In this document: in pieces, positions 21,234-34,710 of the stretch | Position numbering within the stretch: the stretch's first letter is position 1 | Layout: the number at the start of each line of letters is the position of its first letter | Position numbers and translations under genes: made by a program | Notes under the pieces: model-generated | What the model saw: the letters and a program-made list of their open reading frames with translations, nothing else | The model's database searches: none | Told to the model about the DNA's origin: nothing | DNA from: an uncultured Alphaproteobacteria bacterium | GTDB lineage: Bacteria > Pseudomonadota > Alphaproteobacteria > Rhizobiales > Kaistiaceae | Direction: 5' to 3' | Length of the DNA stretch: 64,000 nucleotides | NCBI GenBank assembly: GCA_963826055.1 | Contig: CAWGVO010000002.1 | Location: 28,960-92,959 of the forward strand

Positions 21234-21869
21234 TCAGAACTTGAAGCCGAGGCCGGCCATCACGTCGTTGGACTTGTACGAGACCGGACCGGCGACGTTG
21301 AAGTTGGTGGTGCCGAGGTTGGTGTGGCGGAATTCCAGCCGCCCGAAGACCTTCTGGGACAGCGCGGCATCGACGCCGGCGCCCACGGTCCAGCCCACTT
21401 TCGAGGCCGATTCGGTCGAGGGACTCGTTGTCACGGCCTTCACCCGTCCAACCGCGACGCCGCCGGTGCCGTAGACCATGATCTTGTCCATGGCGAAGCC
21501 GATGCGGCCGCGAAAGGTCGCGTCCCACGGGTTGCTGACGGTGAGGCCGCCGCTGGTGCCGGTCTTGCCGGTGGCGGTGAAGTCACCTTCCACGCCCAGC
21601 ACCAGGTTGGTGTTGGTCTGGAAGTTGGTGCCGGCGAAGGCGCCGCCGATCCAGCCGTTGTTCGGCGAGGTGGACGGCGCGGTGTTGGCCCAGCCGAAGC
21701 CGCCGGTGAGACCCATGTACGGCCCGCTCCATGAGAACGCCGGGGCCGGGTTGTAGTACGAGGGCGTGCTCGGCGGTGCCCCGTAGGGCGGGATGTCGGC
21801 GGCAGCGGCGACGCCGGCACTGGCGAGCAGGGCCGCGGCGCTTGCACCGAGCAAAAGGATACGCGACAT
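21234..21869 (-). CDS. outer-membrane beta-barrel protein (Omp25/Omp31/RopB-like)
   Basis: Signal peptide MSRILLLGASAAALLASAGVAAA, alternating beta-strand pattern, C-terminal …GLGFKF. Confidence 0.85.
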   Translation of the reverse strand: MSRILLLGASAAALLASAGVAAAADIPPYGAPPSTPSYYNPAPAFSWSGPYMGLTGGFGWANTAPSTSPNNGWIGGAFAGTNFQTNTNLVLGVEGDFTATGKTGTSGGLTVSNPWDATFRGRIGFAMDKIMVYGTGGVAVGRVKAVTTSPSTESASKVGWTVGAGVDAALSQKVFGRLEFRHTNLGTTNFNVAGPVSYKSNDVMAGLGFKF

Positions 21870-22157
21870 AGTTACCTCCTATTGATCCGCTATCGCCGAG
21901 AGGAAATCCGCGGGCTCAGCGAAAGTTCCGCCCGGCTTCAAGTGCACGGATGTAAGGGGAGCAATACGGCGTAAACGTTAGCAAAATGCGGTGCGCAGGC
22001 GGCCATACCAAGGCCGTTTGTGGTGTTCCAGAATGGCAACAAATGCCTTCTAACCTATTGACTGGACACGCGGTTCTACCGAGCGCCGAGCAGCCGTTCC
22101 ACGGTCCCGAAACGGGACGGGCAACCGTCAACGATTAAACAGGGTTAACCAACCGTT

Positions 22158-22923
22158 ATGGCCTCAACCCCTCCCGTCGCGCTCGTTACCGGCGGCGCGC
22201 GCCGCATCGGACGCGCCATCGTCGAGGACCTCGCCGCCCACGGCTGGGCCATCGCCATCCACTACAACCGCTCGCGCGAGGACGCCGAAACCGTCGCCGG
22301 CGCGATACGCGCCGCCGGCGGCCGCGCGGCCCTGGTCACCGGCGACTTCGCCGATTTCGGTTGCCTCAAGGGCATCGTCGACCAGGCGGCCGACGCCCTC
22401 GGCGCGCCGACGCTGCTCGTCAACAACGCCTCGATCTTCGAGAACGACACCGTCGGCGCCCTCGACCGCCACCTGTGGGAGCGGCAGCTCACGATCAACC
22501 TCGCCGCGCCGGTCTTCCTCGCCGAGGCCTTCGCGGCGCGCGTGCCCGACGGCGTCGAGGGCAACGTCGTCAACCTCCTCGACCAGCGCATCTGGAAGCC
22601 GACGCCGCGCCATTTCTCCTACCAGATATCCAAGTCGGCCCTGTTCACCGCGACCGAGACGCTGGCTCAGGCGCTGGCGCCGCGCATTCGGGTCAACGCC
22701 ATCGCGCCGGGGCCGGTGCTGCCGAGCGCCCGCATGACGCGAGGAACGCTTCCGCAAGCAGACGGAGGGCATCCTTCTTCGCCGGCCGCCTGCCCTTGCC
22801 GACTTCGGCCGCACCGTCCGCTATTTCGTCGAGACCCGCTCGATCACCGGCCAGGTCATCGCCCTCGACGGCGGCCAGCACCTCGGCTGGCAGACCCCCG
22901 ACATCGCCGCCATCCAGGAGTGA
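22158..22923 (+). pseudogene. SDR family oxidoreductase (pteridine-reductase-like), frameshifted as sequenced
   Basis: TGGARRIG Rossmann motif and YxxxK (SYQISK). After …PSARM (about 22740) the conserved C-terminus [16 protein letters not shown]…[16 protein letters not shown]…IQE* continues in the +1 frame and ends at 22921-22923. Confidence 0.8.
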
Positions 22924-22966
22924 CGGGTTTCGTGCGGGACGCGGCAACGCTCGCTATATATTCCCC

Positions 22967-24868
22967 ATGAACGACTCCCCGTCCGCCGCCGGCAATACGC
23001 TCGCCCGCGGCGTCGACGTCATCGCCGACAACGTCAAGCGGCTGCCCAACGGCCCCGGCGTCTATCGCATGATCGACGCCAAGGGCACGGTCCTCTACGT
23101 CGGCAAGGCGCGCAACCTCAAGAAACGGGTGGCGAACTACACGCGCGTCAGCCAGGAGGCGCGGATCGCCCGCATGATCCAGGCGACGGCGGCGATGGAG
23201 TTCGTCTCCACCCGCACCGAGACCGAGGCGCTGCTGCTCGAGGCGAACCTGATCAAGCGCCTCAGGCCGCGCTTCAACGTGCTGCTGCGCGACGACAAGT
23301 CGTTCCCGTACATCGTCATCACCGAGGACCACCCGGCCCCGCAGATCGCCAAGCATCGCGGCGCGCGCACGCGCAAGGGCACCTATTTCGGCCCGTTCGC
23401 TTCGGCCGGCGCCGTCGGGCGCACCATCAACGCGCTGGAGCGCGCCTTCCTGCTGCGCTCGTGCTCGGACGCGGTCTACGCCACCCGCACCCGTCCCTGC
23501 CTGCTCCACCAGATCAAGCGCTGCTCGGCGCCGTGCACCGGCGAAATCTCGCTTGAGGACTACGCGCTGCTCGTCGGCGAGGCGAAGGCGTTCCTCTCCG
23601 GCAAGAGCCAGGCGGTGCGCACGCAGATGCAGGCGGCGATGTCGGCGGCGGCCGAGCGGCTCGACTACGAGGCGGCGGCGCGCTACCGCGACCGCCTCGC
23701 CGCCCTCTCCCACGTCCAGGCCCACCAGGGCATCAACCCGCGCACCGTCGAGGAGGCGGACCTCTTCGCCTGCCATCAGGAGGGCGGCCACACCTGCATC
23801 GAGGTGTTCTTCTTCCGCACCGGGCAGAACTGGGGCAACCGCGCCTACTTCCCGCGCGCCGACCGGGCGCTCGAGGCCGGCGCGGTGCTCGGCGCCTTCC
23901 TCGCCCAGTTCTACGACGACAAGCCGGTGCCGAAGCTCATCCTGTTGTCGCACGCGATCGAGGAGCAGGCGCTGCTCGCCGAGGCGCTGAGCGAGCGGAG
24001 CGGCCATCGCGTCACCGTCTCGGTCCCGCAGCGCGGCGAGAAGCGCGAGCTGGTCGACCAGGCGCTCGCCAACGCCCGCGAGGCGCTCGGCCGCGAGCTC
24101 GCCGTCTCCGCCTCGCAGGCGACCCTGCTCGCCGGCCTCGCCGAGCGCTTCGGCCTCGCCGAGCCGCCGCGCCGCATCGAGATCTACGACAACAGCCACA
24201 TCATGGGCACCAACGCCGTGGGCGTGATGGTGGTCGCCGGGCCGGACGGGTTCGTGAAGGGCCAGTACCGCAAGTTCAACATCCGCTCCGAGGACCTCAC
24301 GCCCGGCGACGACTACGGCATGATGCGCGAGGTGCTCGGCCGCCGCTTCGCCCGTCTGATGCGCGAGGTCGGACCCCGCGACGGCGAGCGCGGCGAGGAG
24401 GCCGGCATCGGCCCATGGCCCGACCTGGTGCTGATCGACGGCGGCCGCGGCCAGCTCGCGGCGGCGTGCGAGGTGCTGGCCGAGCTCGGCATCTCCGACC
24501 TGCCGCTCATCGGCATCGCCAAGGGGCCGGACCGCGACGCCGGCCGCGAGACGTTCTACATCGCGGGGCGCGAGTCCTTCATGCTGCCGCCGCGCGATCC
24601 GGTCCTCTACTTCGTGCAGCGGCTGCGCGACGAGGCCCACCGCTTCGCCATCGGCTCGCACCGCGCGCGGCGCAAGTCCGACATCGCCCGCAACCCGCTC
24701 GACGAGATCGCCGGCATCGGCCCGGCGCGCAAGCGCGCGCTGCTACGCCACTTCGGCACGGCCAAGGCGGTCAGCCGCGCCAACATCGAGGACCTCACCG
24801 CCGTTCCCGGCATCTCCGACGAAACCGCGCGCACGGTTTACGGCTTCTTTCACGAGAGCGGCGATTGA
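22967..24868 (+). CDS. uvrC: excinuclease ABC subunit C
   Basis: GIY-YIG N-terminus ([27 protein letters not shown]), UVR domain, C-terminal (HhH)2. Start at the internal ATG 22967. Confidence 0.95.
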   Translation: MNDSPSAAGNTLARGVDVIADNVKRLPNGPGVYRMIDAKGTVLYVGKARNLKKRVANYTRVSQEARIARMIQATAAMEFVSTRTETEALLLEANLIKRLRPRFNVLLRDDKSFPYIVITEDHPAPQIAKHRGARTRKGTYFGPFASAGAVGRTINALERAFLLRSCSDAVYATRTRPCLLHQIKRCSAPCTGEISLEDYALLVGEAKAFLSGKSQAVRTQMQAAMSAAAERLDYEAAARYRDRLAALSHVQAHQGINPRTVEEADLFACHQEGGHTCIEVFFFRTGQNWGNRAYFPRADRALEAGAVLGAFLAQFYDDKPVPKLILLSHAIEEQALLAEALSERSGHRVTVSVPQRGEKRELVDQALANAREALGRELAVSASQATLLAGLAERFGLAEPPRRIEIYDNSHIMGTNAVGVMVVAGPDGFVKGQYRKFNIRSEDLTPGDDYGMMREVLGRRFARLMREVGPRDGERGEEAGIGPWPDLVLIDGGRGQLAAACEVLAELGISDLPLIGIAKGPDRDAGRETFYIAGRESFMLPPRDPVLYFVQRLRDEAHRFAIGSHRARRKSDIARNPLDEIAGIGPARKRALLRHFGTAKAVSRANIEDLTAVPGISDETARTVYGFFHESGD

Positions 24869-24891
24869 GGCTCGCGGCGGCAGGCCGGTGT

Positions 24892-25284
24892 TCACCAGAG
24901 CTGGATCAGCCCCACCTTGTCGGCGGTGACGGCGGCAACGTAGGCGCCGCCCGCGAGGAGGATCAGAAACACCGCGAACGAGCCCAGGTCCTTCGCCGCC
25001 TTGGCGAAGGCGCTGTGGTGCGGCGACACCTCGTCGGCGATCAGCTCGATGCAGGTGTTGAGCGCCTCGATGCTGATCAGGACGCAGAAGAGCAGGAGAA
25101 AGATCAGGATTTCGCCGAGCGAACTTCTCAGGATCATCAGCCAGGCGACGGCGAGCGCCGAAATCGCGATCTCGATGCGCGCCGCCAGCTCGCGCCCGAC
25201 AAGGTGCGACATCCCGGCGATCGAATAGCCGGTGGCATGTACGACGTGGCGAAGGGCTTCCAGCACGGCTCGCGACCCTGCCAA
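24892..25284 (-). CDS. dgkA: diacylglycerol kinase (prokaryotic DgkA)
   Basis: About 130-aa three-TM protein with EALNTCIE…D motif typical of DgkA. Confidence 0.85.
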   Translation of the reverse strand: MAGSRAVLEALRHVVHATGYSIAGMSHLVGRELAARIEIAISALAVAWLMILRSSLGEILIFLLLFCVLISIEALNTCIELIADEVSPHHSAFAKAAKDLGSFAVFLILLAGGAYVAAVTADKVGLIQLW

Positions 25285-25387
25285 TCGGGGGCGACGGCGC
25301 CAGATAACCCCCGAACGTTTAACGCTTCGTCACGCATGATGGTTGCATTTCGTGGACGTGCGCGGAAAATCAGCCCTAGCATGGTGA

Positions 25388-26104
25388 ATGCCGGGCGGAG
25401 GGCGGCCGCGTCGGCGCGTCTTGGAGCGCGACCAACATGACGGCACGGAAGGCGAACCGGTGAGCGAGCAGGCGCGTCTGGGACGATCCGCGGGACCTCC
25501 CGCGGACGGGCGGCTGCATGCCCTGTCGCTGCCCAACCTGCTCACCTACGGCCGCGTCGCGGCCGTGCCGGCGCTGGTGCTCTGCTTCTACATCGAGGGC
25601 TACGCCAGCCGCTGGTTGAGCCTGGCGGTGTTCATCGCCGCCAGCGTCAGCGACTTCCTCGACGGCTACCTGGCGCGCGCCTGGCACCAGCAATCGGCGA
25701 TCGGCCGCATGCTCGACCCGATCGCCGACAAGCTGCTGGTGGCGACGGCGCTGATGCTGCTCGTCTGGGACGGCACCATCGGCGACTGGTCGCTGCTCGC
25801 CGCCATCGTCATCCTCGCCCGCGAGATTTCGGTGTCGGGCCTGCGCGAATTCCTGGCCGAGGTGCGCGTCAGCGTGCCGGTGTCGCGGCTGGCCAAGTGG
25901 AAGACCACCATGCAGATGGTGGCGATCGGCTTCCTGCTGGCGGGGCCGGCCGGCGACCGGCTCCTGCGCTACGAGTTCGGCGGCCTCGGCGTCGTCACCT
26001 ACATCGGCCTGCTTCTGTTATGGATTTCCGCCCTCATCACGCTCTATACCGGCTACGACTATTTCCGCGCCGGGGTGCGCCATCTGATGGGAGAGGACGC
26101 GTGA
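25388..26104 (+). CDS. pgsA: CDP-diacylglycerol--glycerol-3-phosphate 3-phosphatidyltransferase (start may be GTG 25460)
   Basis: LPNLLTYGRV N-terminal motif and DFLDGYLAR…GRMLDPIADK CDP-alcohol transferase signature. Confidence 0.88.
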   Translation: MPGGGRPRRRVLERDQHDGTEGEPVSEQARLGRSAGPPADGRLHALSLPNLLTYGRVAAVPALVLCFYIEGYASRWLSLAVFIAASVSDFLDGYLARAWHQQSAIGRMLDPIADKLLVATALMLLVWDGTIGDWSLLAAIVILAREISVSGLREFLAEVRVSVPVSRLAKWKTTMQMVAIGFLLAGPAGDRLLRYEFGGLGVVTYIGLLLLWISALITLYTGYDYFRAGVRHLMGEDA

Positions 26105-26352
26105 AGGTCCTGTATTTCGCCTGGGTGCGCGAACGGATCGGCCGGACGGAGGAAGAGATCGACCCGCCCGCCACCGTGCGCACCACCGCCGAGCTGGTCG
26201 AATGGCTGAAGACCCGCGGGCCGGAATACGAGCACGCGCTGGCCGAGCCCGCCGCGGTCCGCATCGCCCTCGACCGCGTCCACGCCGCCAGCGACGCCTC
26301 GATCGCCGGCGCCAGCGAGGTGGCGATCTTCCCGCCGATGACCGGCGGCTAG
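26101..26352 (+). CDS. moaD: molybdopterin synthase sulfur-carrier subunit
   Basis: 83 aa. GTG start overlaps the pgsA stop. Ubiquitin-like MoaD pattern ending in …PPMTGG. Confidence 0.85.
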   Translation: MKVLYFAWVRERIGRTEEEIDPPATVRTTAELVEWLKTRGPEYEHALAEPAAVRIALDRVHAASDASIAGASEVAIFPPMTGG

Positions 26353-26355
26353 GCG

Positions 26356-26815
26356 ATGATTACCCCCACCGTCCGCGTCCAGACCGGCGCCTTCGACATC
26401 GCCGCCGAGGTGGCGAAGCTCCGCGCCCGCGCCGGCGTCGGCGCCATCGTCACCTTCACCGGCGTCTGCCGCGACGAGGGCGGCCGCCTCGATGCCCTGG
26501 AACTCGAGCACTACCCCGGCATGGCGGAGACCGAAATCACCCGCATCTCGGCCGAGGCCGCCGACCGCTGGCCGCTCACCGGCGTCACCGTCATCCACCG
26601 CCACGGCAAGATCGCCGTCGGGCGAGGACATCGTGCTGGTGGTCACCGCCTCGTCGCACCGCGACGCGGCCTTCGAGGCGGCGCGCTTCATCATGGACTT
26701 CCTGAAGACCAACGCGCCGTTCTGGAAGAAGGAGCACCCGGCCGGCGCGCCGGCCGGCGACTGGGTCGAAGCCCGCGAAGCCGACGACGAGGCCGCCGGG
26801 CGCTGGCGGCGCTAG
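26356..26815 (+). pseudogene. moaE: molybdopterin synthase catalytic subunit, frameshifted as sequenced
   Basis: MoaE N-terminus up to …HRHGKIAVG. The conserved continuation EDIVLVVTASSHRDAAFEAARFIMDFLKTNAPFWKKE is in the next frame (ORF 26492..26815). An extra G sits in GTCGGGCGAGG at about 26620. Confidence 0.85.
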
Positions 26816-26821
26816 GCCGCG

Positions 26822-27049
26822 CTACTCAGACTTCCACTGCGTCTTGGCTTCGCTCGCCGGCTTGCTGAGGTGGATCTGCGAGTCGACGCGGTCGACCCAG
26901 CCGAGCGGAATGAAGTGGTGCTTCTGATCGGCGGAATCGGTGCGGGTCAGCTTGATCATGTCGTCGCCGGACATATGGTCCACGGTCCCGACGTGGCCGC
27001 CTTCGCTGCCGACCACTTCCATGTCTTCCTTGATGTCCATCGCGTTCAT
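26822..27049 (-). CDS. DUF2171 (PRC-barrel-like) domain protein
   Basis: 75 aa. [17 protein letters not shown]…[13 protein letters not shown] pattern is typical of DUF2171. Confidence 0.7.
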   Translation of the reverse strand: MNAMDIKEDMEVVGSEGGHVGTVDHMSGDDMIKLTRTDSADQKHHFIPLGWVDRVDSQIHLSKPASEAKTQWKSE

Positions 27050-27110
27050 GGCATCCTCCGTTTCAGGTTGATGCCACTACAACGCGCGGTCGTGCGATTG
27101 GTTCGCCGCC

Positions 27111-27534
27111 CTAACCCACGATCTCCACCGCCGCGAACCAGTAGGCGATCTCTTCCGCCGCCGTCTCCGGCGCGTCGGAGCCGTGCACCGAGTTCTCGCC
27201 GATCGATTTGGCGAACTCCTTGCGGATGGTGCCGGCGTCGGCCTTGGCGGGGTCGGTGGCGCCCATCACCGCGCGATTTTTGGCGACGGCGCCCTCGCCC
27301 TCCAGCACCTGCACCACGGTCGGGCCCGACGACATGAACTCGCAGAGCTCGTCGAAGAACGGCCGCGCGCGGTGGACGGCGTAGAAGCCCTCCGCCTGCT
27401 TGCCGCGACATCCACACCCGCTTCTGCGCGACGATCCTCAGCCCCGCCGCTTCGAGCTTGGCGTTGATCGCGCCGGTCAGGTTGCGCGCGGTTGCGTCCG
27501 GCTTGATCATCGAAAAAGTGCGCTCGACGGCCAT
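27111..27534 (-). pseudogene. ndk: nucleoside-diphosphate kinase, frameshifted as sequenced
   Basis: [14 protein letters not shown]… from the ATG at 27534 (AGGAG upstream). The C-terminal [18 protein letters not shown]…NSVHGSD is in ORF 27111..27335. The frames join if one C is removed near 27403 (giving …[30 protein letters not shown]). Confidence 0.9.
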
Positions 27535-27605
27535 CGTTGCTCCTGTCGGGTGATGGAAGGTGGCGGGTGTATACCGGCCCGGCCGGCGAGCGACAAGCGC
27601 GCGCT

Positions 27606-28512
27606 TCAGCGCGGCCGGCCGGGCCTTGCCGGCGGCGGCGACCAGCTCGGCCAGCGCGCGGAAGTCGCGCTCGCGCGGCGAGCGCTTGCGCCAGGCGAGG
27701 CCGATGGTGCGGTGCGGCTCGGGCCTGACGAAGCGCACCAGTTTCAGCCGCGGGTCGTTGATGACCCCGGCGTCGATGGCAAGCTCCGGCACCAGCGTGA
27801 TCCCCTGCCCCGCCGCCACCAGTTGCACGATGGTCGCAAGGCTGGTGGCGCCGACACTCGACAGCCGGTGCGGGTCGATGGCGCGGCAGACCGCCAGCGC
27901 CTGGTCGCGCAGGCAGTGGCCGTCCTCCAGCAGCAGAAGTTCGTCGGCCCTGATCGCCGCCGGGTCCGCCCGCGCACGCCGCGCGTGCGGCGAACCGGCG
28001 GGCGCGGCCAGCACGAAGGCGTCGTCGAAGGCGGCGGCCTCGGCGAGCTTGTCGTCGTCGAGCGGCAGGCTGGCGACGATGGCGTCGAGCGCGCCGGCCG
28101 CCAGCTCGGCCGTCAGCACGTCGGTGATGGTCTCGCGCACGGTCAGCCGCGCGTGCGGGTAGCGCGCCGCCACCTGTTCGAACAGCCGCGGCAGCAGATA
28201 CGGCGCCACCGACGGGATGACGCCGAGGCGAACCGGCCCGGCGAGGACGGCGCCGCGGGCGTGCGCCAGTTCCTGCAGGTCGCGCACCGCCGCCAGGATG
28301 TCGCCGGCGCGCTCGGCGACCTCGCGGCCGAGGTCCGTCAGTTCGGCGCCGGCCGAGGTCCGCTCGACCAGCGCGCCGCCGAGTTCGGCCTCCAGCTCGC
28401 GCAGTTGCATCGACAGCGCCGGCTGGGAGACGCCGGCCGCTTCCGCCGCCCGGCCGAAGTGACCGGTGGCGGCGAGCGCCTGGAAGTAGCGAAGCTGACG
28501 AAGGGTGATCAT
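27606..28512 (-). CDS. oxyR: LysR-family hydrogen-peroxide-responsive regulator OxyR (3' end uncertain)
   Basis: HTH N-terminus [56 protein letters not shown] contains the redox Cys. Divergent from katG. No in-frame stop before ndk. The nearest plausible stop (TGA, 27606-27608) is one frame off. Confidence 0.85.
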
Positions 28513-28515
28513 CCC

Positions 28516-28532
28516 GATAAGTGTAGCTTATC
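28516..28532. promoter_or_regulatory. LysR-type T-N11-A palindrome in the oxyR-katG divergent control region
   Basis: GATAAG-N5-CTTATC perfect inverted repeat immediately upstream of the oxyR start, followed by an AT-richer stretch toward katG. Confidence 0.45.
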
Positions 28533-28650
28533 GTGGGTGCGACACAATATGATTGGATTTTATGGGCCCGCTTGCCAATTTGCGCAGCATCAATGCGCGC
28601 CGGCAGGGCGCGCGCTGACGTCGAAGCCCGATCCGGAGGAGGCAAGAACG

Positions 28651-31904
<3,254 letters not shown>

Positions 31905-31920
31905 TGAACTTTCGCCGTTC

Positions 31921-32979
31921 TCAGTCGTCGTGCCGGCTCCGTTTAGCGCGCGCCGCCTCCTTGACCATGCGGCCGAACCCGCGCTCGCGGGCGCGTCGCT
32001 CGTGCAGCGCCTCCGCGTTGCGCGCCTCCTCGGCGGCGAGCTTGCGGTAACGCCTCAGCCGTTCTGGGTCGAGGCCGCCGCCGGCGACCGCTTCCTGGAC
32101 GGCGCATCCCGGCTCACCCTCGTGGCGGCAATCGGCGAAGCGGCACGCGCGGCCGAGGGCGACGACCTCGGCGAAGACGTCCTCGATGCCGGCCTCCGCG
32201 TCGGTGAGCTGGAGCTCGCGCATGCCCGGGGTATCGAGCAGCCAGCCGCCGGTGGCGAGGCGGTGCAGGGAGCGGCCGCTGGTCGTGTGGCGCCCCTTGT
32301 CATCGTCTTCCCGGATGCCGCTCGTCGCCTGTGCTGCGCGACCGACAAGCGTGTTGACGATGGTCGATTTGCCGACGCCTGACGAGCCGACCAGCGCAAC
32401 CGTCTGGCCGGGGCCGCACCAGCTGGCGAGCCTGGATACCTCGCGCGGTTCGCGTGCGTCGAGCGTTTCGACCGGCAGGCCGGGCATAAGCCTTGCCGCC
32501 GCCGCGACGTAAGCGCCGGCATCGTCCGTGAGGTCGGCTTTGGTCAGGACGACGACGGGCGTCACCTCGGCCTCACGGGCAAGGGCCAGGTATCGCTCCA
32601 GGCGGGCGACGTTGAAGTCCTGATTGCAGGAGGTGACGATCAGCAGCGTGTCGACGTTGGCGGCGATCAACTGGATGCGGCGGCCGGTTCCGGCAGCCCG
32701 GCGCTTGAACAGGCTCTTGCGCGCGAGCACCCGGGAGGGCCGTGGCGAAGCACCGTCGACGAGCAACCAGTCGCCGACGGTCGCCTGCGCCGTCTCGTCG
32801 TCTGACGGCACCGGCGGCGCTATGCGCCGGGTGATCCCCGGCGCGACGACTTCGAGGGCGTCGCGATGCACGGCAACGACGCGCAATGCTGTCGCGGTCG
32901 CGCACTCTTCTGCGGAGAGCTGGGACTGGAAATGTTGTGACCAGCCGAAAGCGGCAAGGTCGTTGGGAGTTTCTGTCAT
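31921..32979 (-). CDS. rsgA: ribosome small subunit-dependent GTPase A
   Basis: Circularly permuted GTPase motifs (VLTKADL…, GSSGVGKSTIVNTL) and C-terminal zinc knuckle CRFADCRHEGEPGCAV. Confidence 0.9.
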   Translation of the reverse strand: MTETPNDLAAFGWSQHFQSQLSAEECATATALRVVAVHRDALEVVAPGITRRIAPPVPSDDETAQATVGDWLLVDGASPRPSRVLARKSLFKRRAAGTGRRIQLIAANVDTLLIVTSCNQDFNVARLERYLALAREAEVTPVVVLTKADLTDDAGAYVAAAARLMPGLPVETLDAREPREVSRLASWCGPGQTVALVGSSGVGKSTIVNTLVGRAAQATSGIREDDDKGRHTTSGRSLHRLATGGWLLDTPGMRELQLTDAEAGIEDVFAEVVALGRACRFADCRHEGEPGCAVQEAVAGGGLDPERLRRYRKLAAEEARNAEALHERRARERGFGRMVKEAARAKRSRHDD

Positions 32980-33243
32980 GGGTCTCGACCATTCGTGGCC
33001 CGCTCATCGGCGGGCGAGCGGCAACGCGCCGGCGATCGGCCGGCGGGCGACTGGAATGCTCAAGCTGGTCGAGATGAAACGCCGAAGGCCGCGATGCGAC
33101 GATCGGAGCAGGCAGCGCCTAGGCGGTGATCCTCTCGCCAGCCCGCTTGCAGACAACGGCCGTCATGAAACCCTCTCCTGTCTGGTCCGAAAGCACGCGA
33201 GATATGGCGCCAACCGGCCCCGTTCGCAAGCCTCGATGCGTTT

Positions 33244-33909
33244 TCACGGTGCAGCGAGGCCAGCGGATTCCCGGGCCGCGTCTCTGAACACCAGCCCGAG
33301 GACGACGCACACGATCGGGAAGACGACGCCGTAGCCAAACACGCCGATGAAGCGCCAGGCCAGATTGCCGACCGCGGGTCCGATGAGGCCGACGAGGCAG
33401 AGGGCGCCGGCCGCGTAGAGACCGAGGCGGACGATCGTCGCGCGGCCGTGTCCCTCGAAGATCGGGGCGGCGAAGACAAGCGACAGTCCGAACAGCAGAT
33501 GCCACGCCGTCAGTTCGACGGCGTAGAGCAGCGACGGCCACGTCCAGCCGAAGACCGCGGCAAGGTCCGGCGTGGCCCCGAGGTCGATGCGCCGGCCGAC
33601 CGTGAGCTGCGCGACATGGACGGCCATGGTGAGCGTTGCCATGGCGAACATCCATCCGAGGGCGGTCAGACTGAAAATGCGCCGGCTCGGGCGGGTGGAT
33701 TCGTGGATCGCCACGAACAGGGCAACCTGAAGCACGGCTCCGACGGTAGTGAGAACCTCGGCCGCGGCGAGATAGGGTTCTCTTGGCACGCCCGTCGCGA
33801 CGCCGCCGGCGAAGAGCGTCGCGATGTAGACCAGGTAGAGGGCGAACACCGACCATGCCATCCACATGCCGAACAGCAGGATCGGACGCGGAGCGGCCAT
33901 CGGGGTCAT
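33244..33909 (-). CDS. hypothetical polytopic membrane protein
   Basis: Internal ATG at 33909. About 6 hydrophobic segments. The upstream part of listed ORF 33244..34251 is Arg/Ser-rich shadow over the GST gene. Confidence 0.55.
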   Translation of the reverse strand: MTPMAAPRPILLFGMWMAWSVFALYLVYIATLFAGGVATGVPREPYLAAAEVLTTVGAVLQVALFVAIHESTRPSRRIFSLTALGWMFAMATLTMAVHVAQLTVGRRIDLGATPDLAAVFGWTWPSLLYAVELTAWHLLFGLSLVFAAPIFEGHGRATIVRLGLYAAGALCLVGLIGPAVGNLAWRFIGVFGYGVVFPIVCVVLGLVFRDAARESAGLAAP

Positions 33910-33928
33910 GGTTGCCGCGGCACGCTCC

Positions 33929-34621
33929 TCACGCCGCCGCGGGCATCGAACGGCCGAGGCCGCCATGGAGATCGAGGCAGCGGCCGAACCATGCGGCCAC
34001 CGGGTCGTCGTCTGCGAGCAACGCGAACGGGCTGCTGACGCGCGCCCACTGCAGCGGGCCGAACACCACGTAGTCGGCGAACAGCGGCGCGTCGCCGCCG
34101 ATGAACGGCTGCCTGCCCAGCATCGACCGCAAGGGTTGCAGCCCGGCGCGGAAGGCGGCGAGCCGTTCCTCGCGGCCGGCCTGCATCTCCTCGAGGGTGC
34201 GGTCGAACCGCTTCTCGCGGCTCTGGCGGAAGTACGCCTGGTCGGGCGCATCGAGGATGTCGTGAATGTCCTTGATGATGAAACCCATCAGCGGCGCGTT
34301 GACCGCGGCGATTGCCCAGCTCTCCACGAAACGGGCCTCCGCCTTGCCGCCCTCGCCTTTGAACAGCGACGGCCGGTCCGGATAGGTATCCTCAAGGTAG
34401 AGCGCGATGTCGAAGGAGTCGCGCACCAGCTTGCCGCCGTCGTCAATGACGGGGACCGTCGGCGAGAAACCGTCGCCGATCTCCTTGATCCTGGTGAACG
34501 GGACGCCGCGCGTCTCGTAGTCGAGTCCCTTGTGGGCGAGCGCCATGCGCGCCTTCCAGCAGTGCGGGCTGAAACGGCGGTTCTGGTCGCGGGCGCACAG
34601 GTCGTAGAGGGTAATGGTCAT
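33929..34621 (-). CDS. glutathione S-transferase family protein
   Basis: MTITLYDL…SPHCWKARMALAHKGLDYE…VPVIDDGG thioredoxin-like GST N-domain plus a helical C-domain. Confidence 0.8.
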   Translation of the reverse strand: MTITLYDLCARDQNRRFSPHCWKARMALAHKGLDYETRGVPFTRIKEIGDGFSPTVPVIDDGGKLVRDSFDIALYLEDTYPDRPSLFKGEGGKAEARFVESWAIAAVNAPLMGFIIKDIHDILDAPDQAYFRQSREKRFDRTLEEMQAGREERLAAFRAGLQPLRSMLGRQPFIGGDAPLFADYVVFGPLQWARVSSPFALLADDDPVAAWFGRCLDLHGGLGRSMPAAA

Positions 34622-34710
34622 GGGTCTTAAGTGTTGGAGTTTGCTCGGCTCTGGAGCGAATATAGCCCCGTTTTTGCAAAACGGCATTCTCGGATTGGGC
34701 GAGGGCTCCG

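Noticed and set aside
21870-22157. 288-bp intergenic region between the OMP gene and the SDR gene, examined for a small RNA or riboswitch.
   Set aside because: Only a short imperfect hairpin (GGTCCCGAAACGGGAC) and promoter-like AT-richer patches were seen. Nothing matched a riboswitch or sRNA architecture I can recognise.
22361-22966. N-terminal 200-aa extension of UvrC (835-aa listed ORF). Similar long extensions occur on ppk1 (to 14498), aspS (to 8505), pepA (to 54132), lptD (from 56039) and lptG (from 55257).
   Set aside because: The extensions are Arg/Pro-rich and overlap upstream genes. The conserved protein N-termini coincide with internal ATG codons that have plausible RBSs.
27046-28512. 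488-aa ORF suggesting an OxyR-Ndk fusion protein.
   Set aside because: Ndk retains its own RBS and start. The ORF's tail is an out-of-frame read of ndk. An out-of-frame TGA sits where OxyR should end. In an assembly with many 1-nt indels, an artefact is the simplest explanation. It is kept as a finding only for verification.
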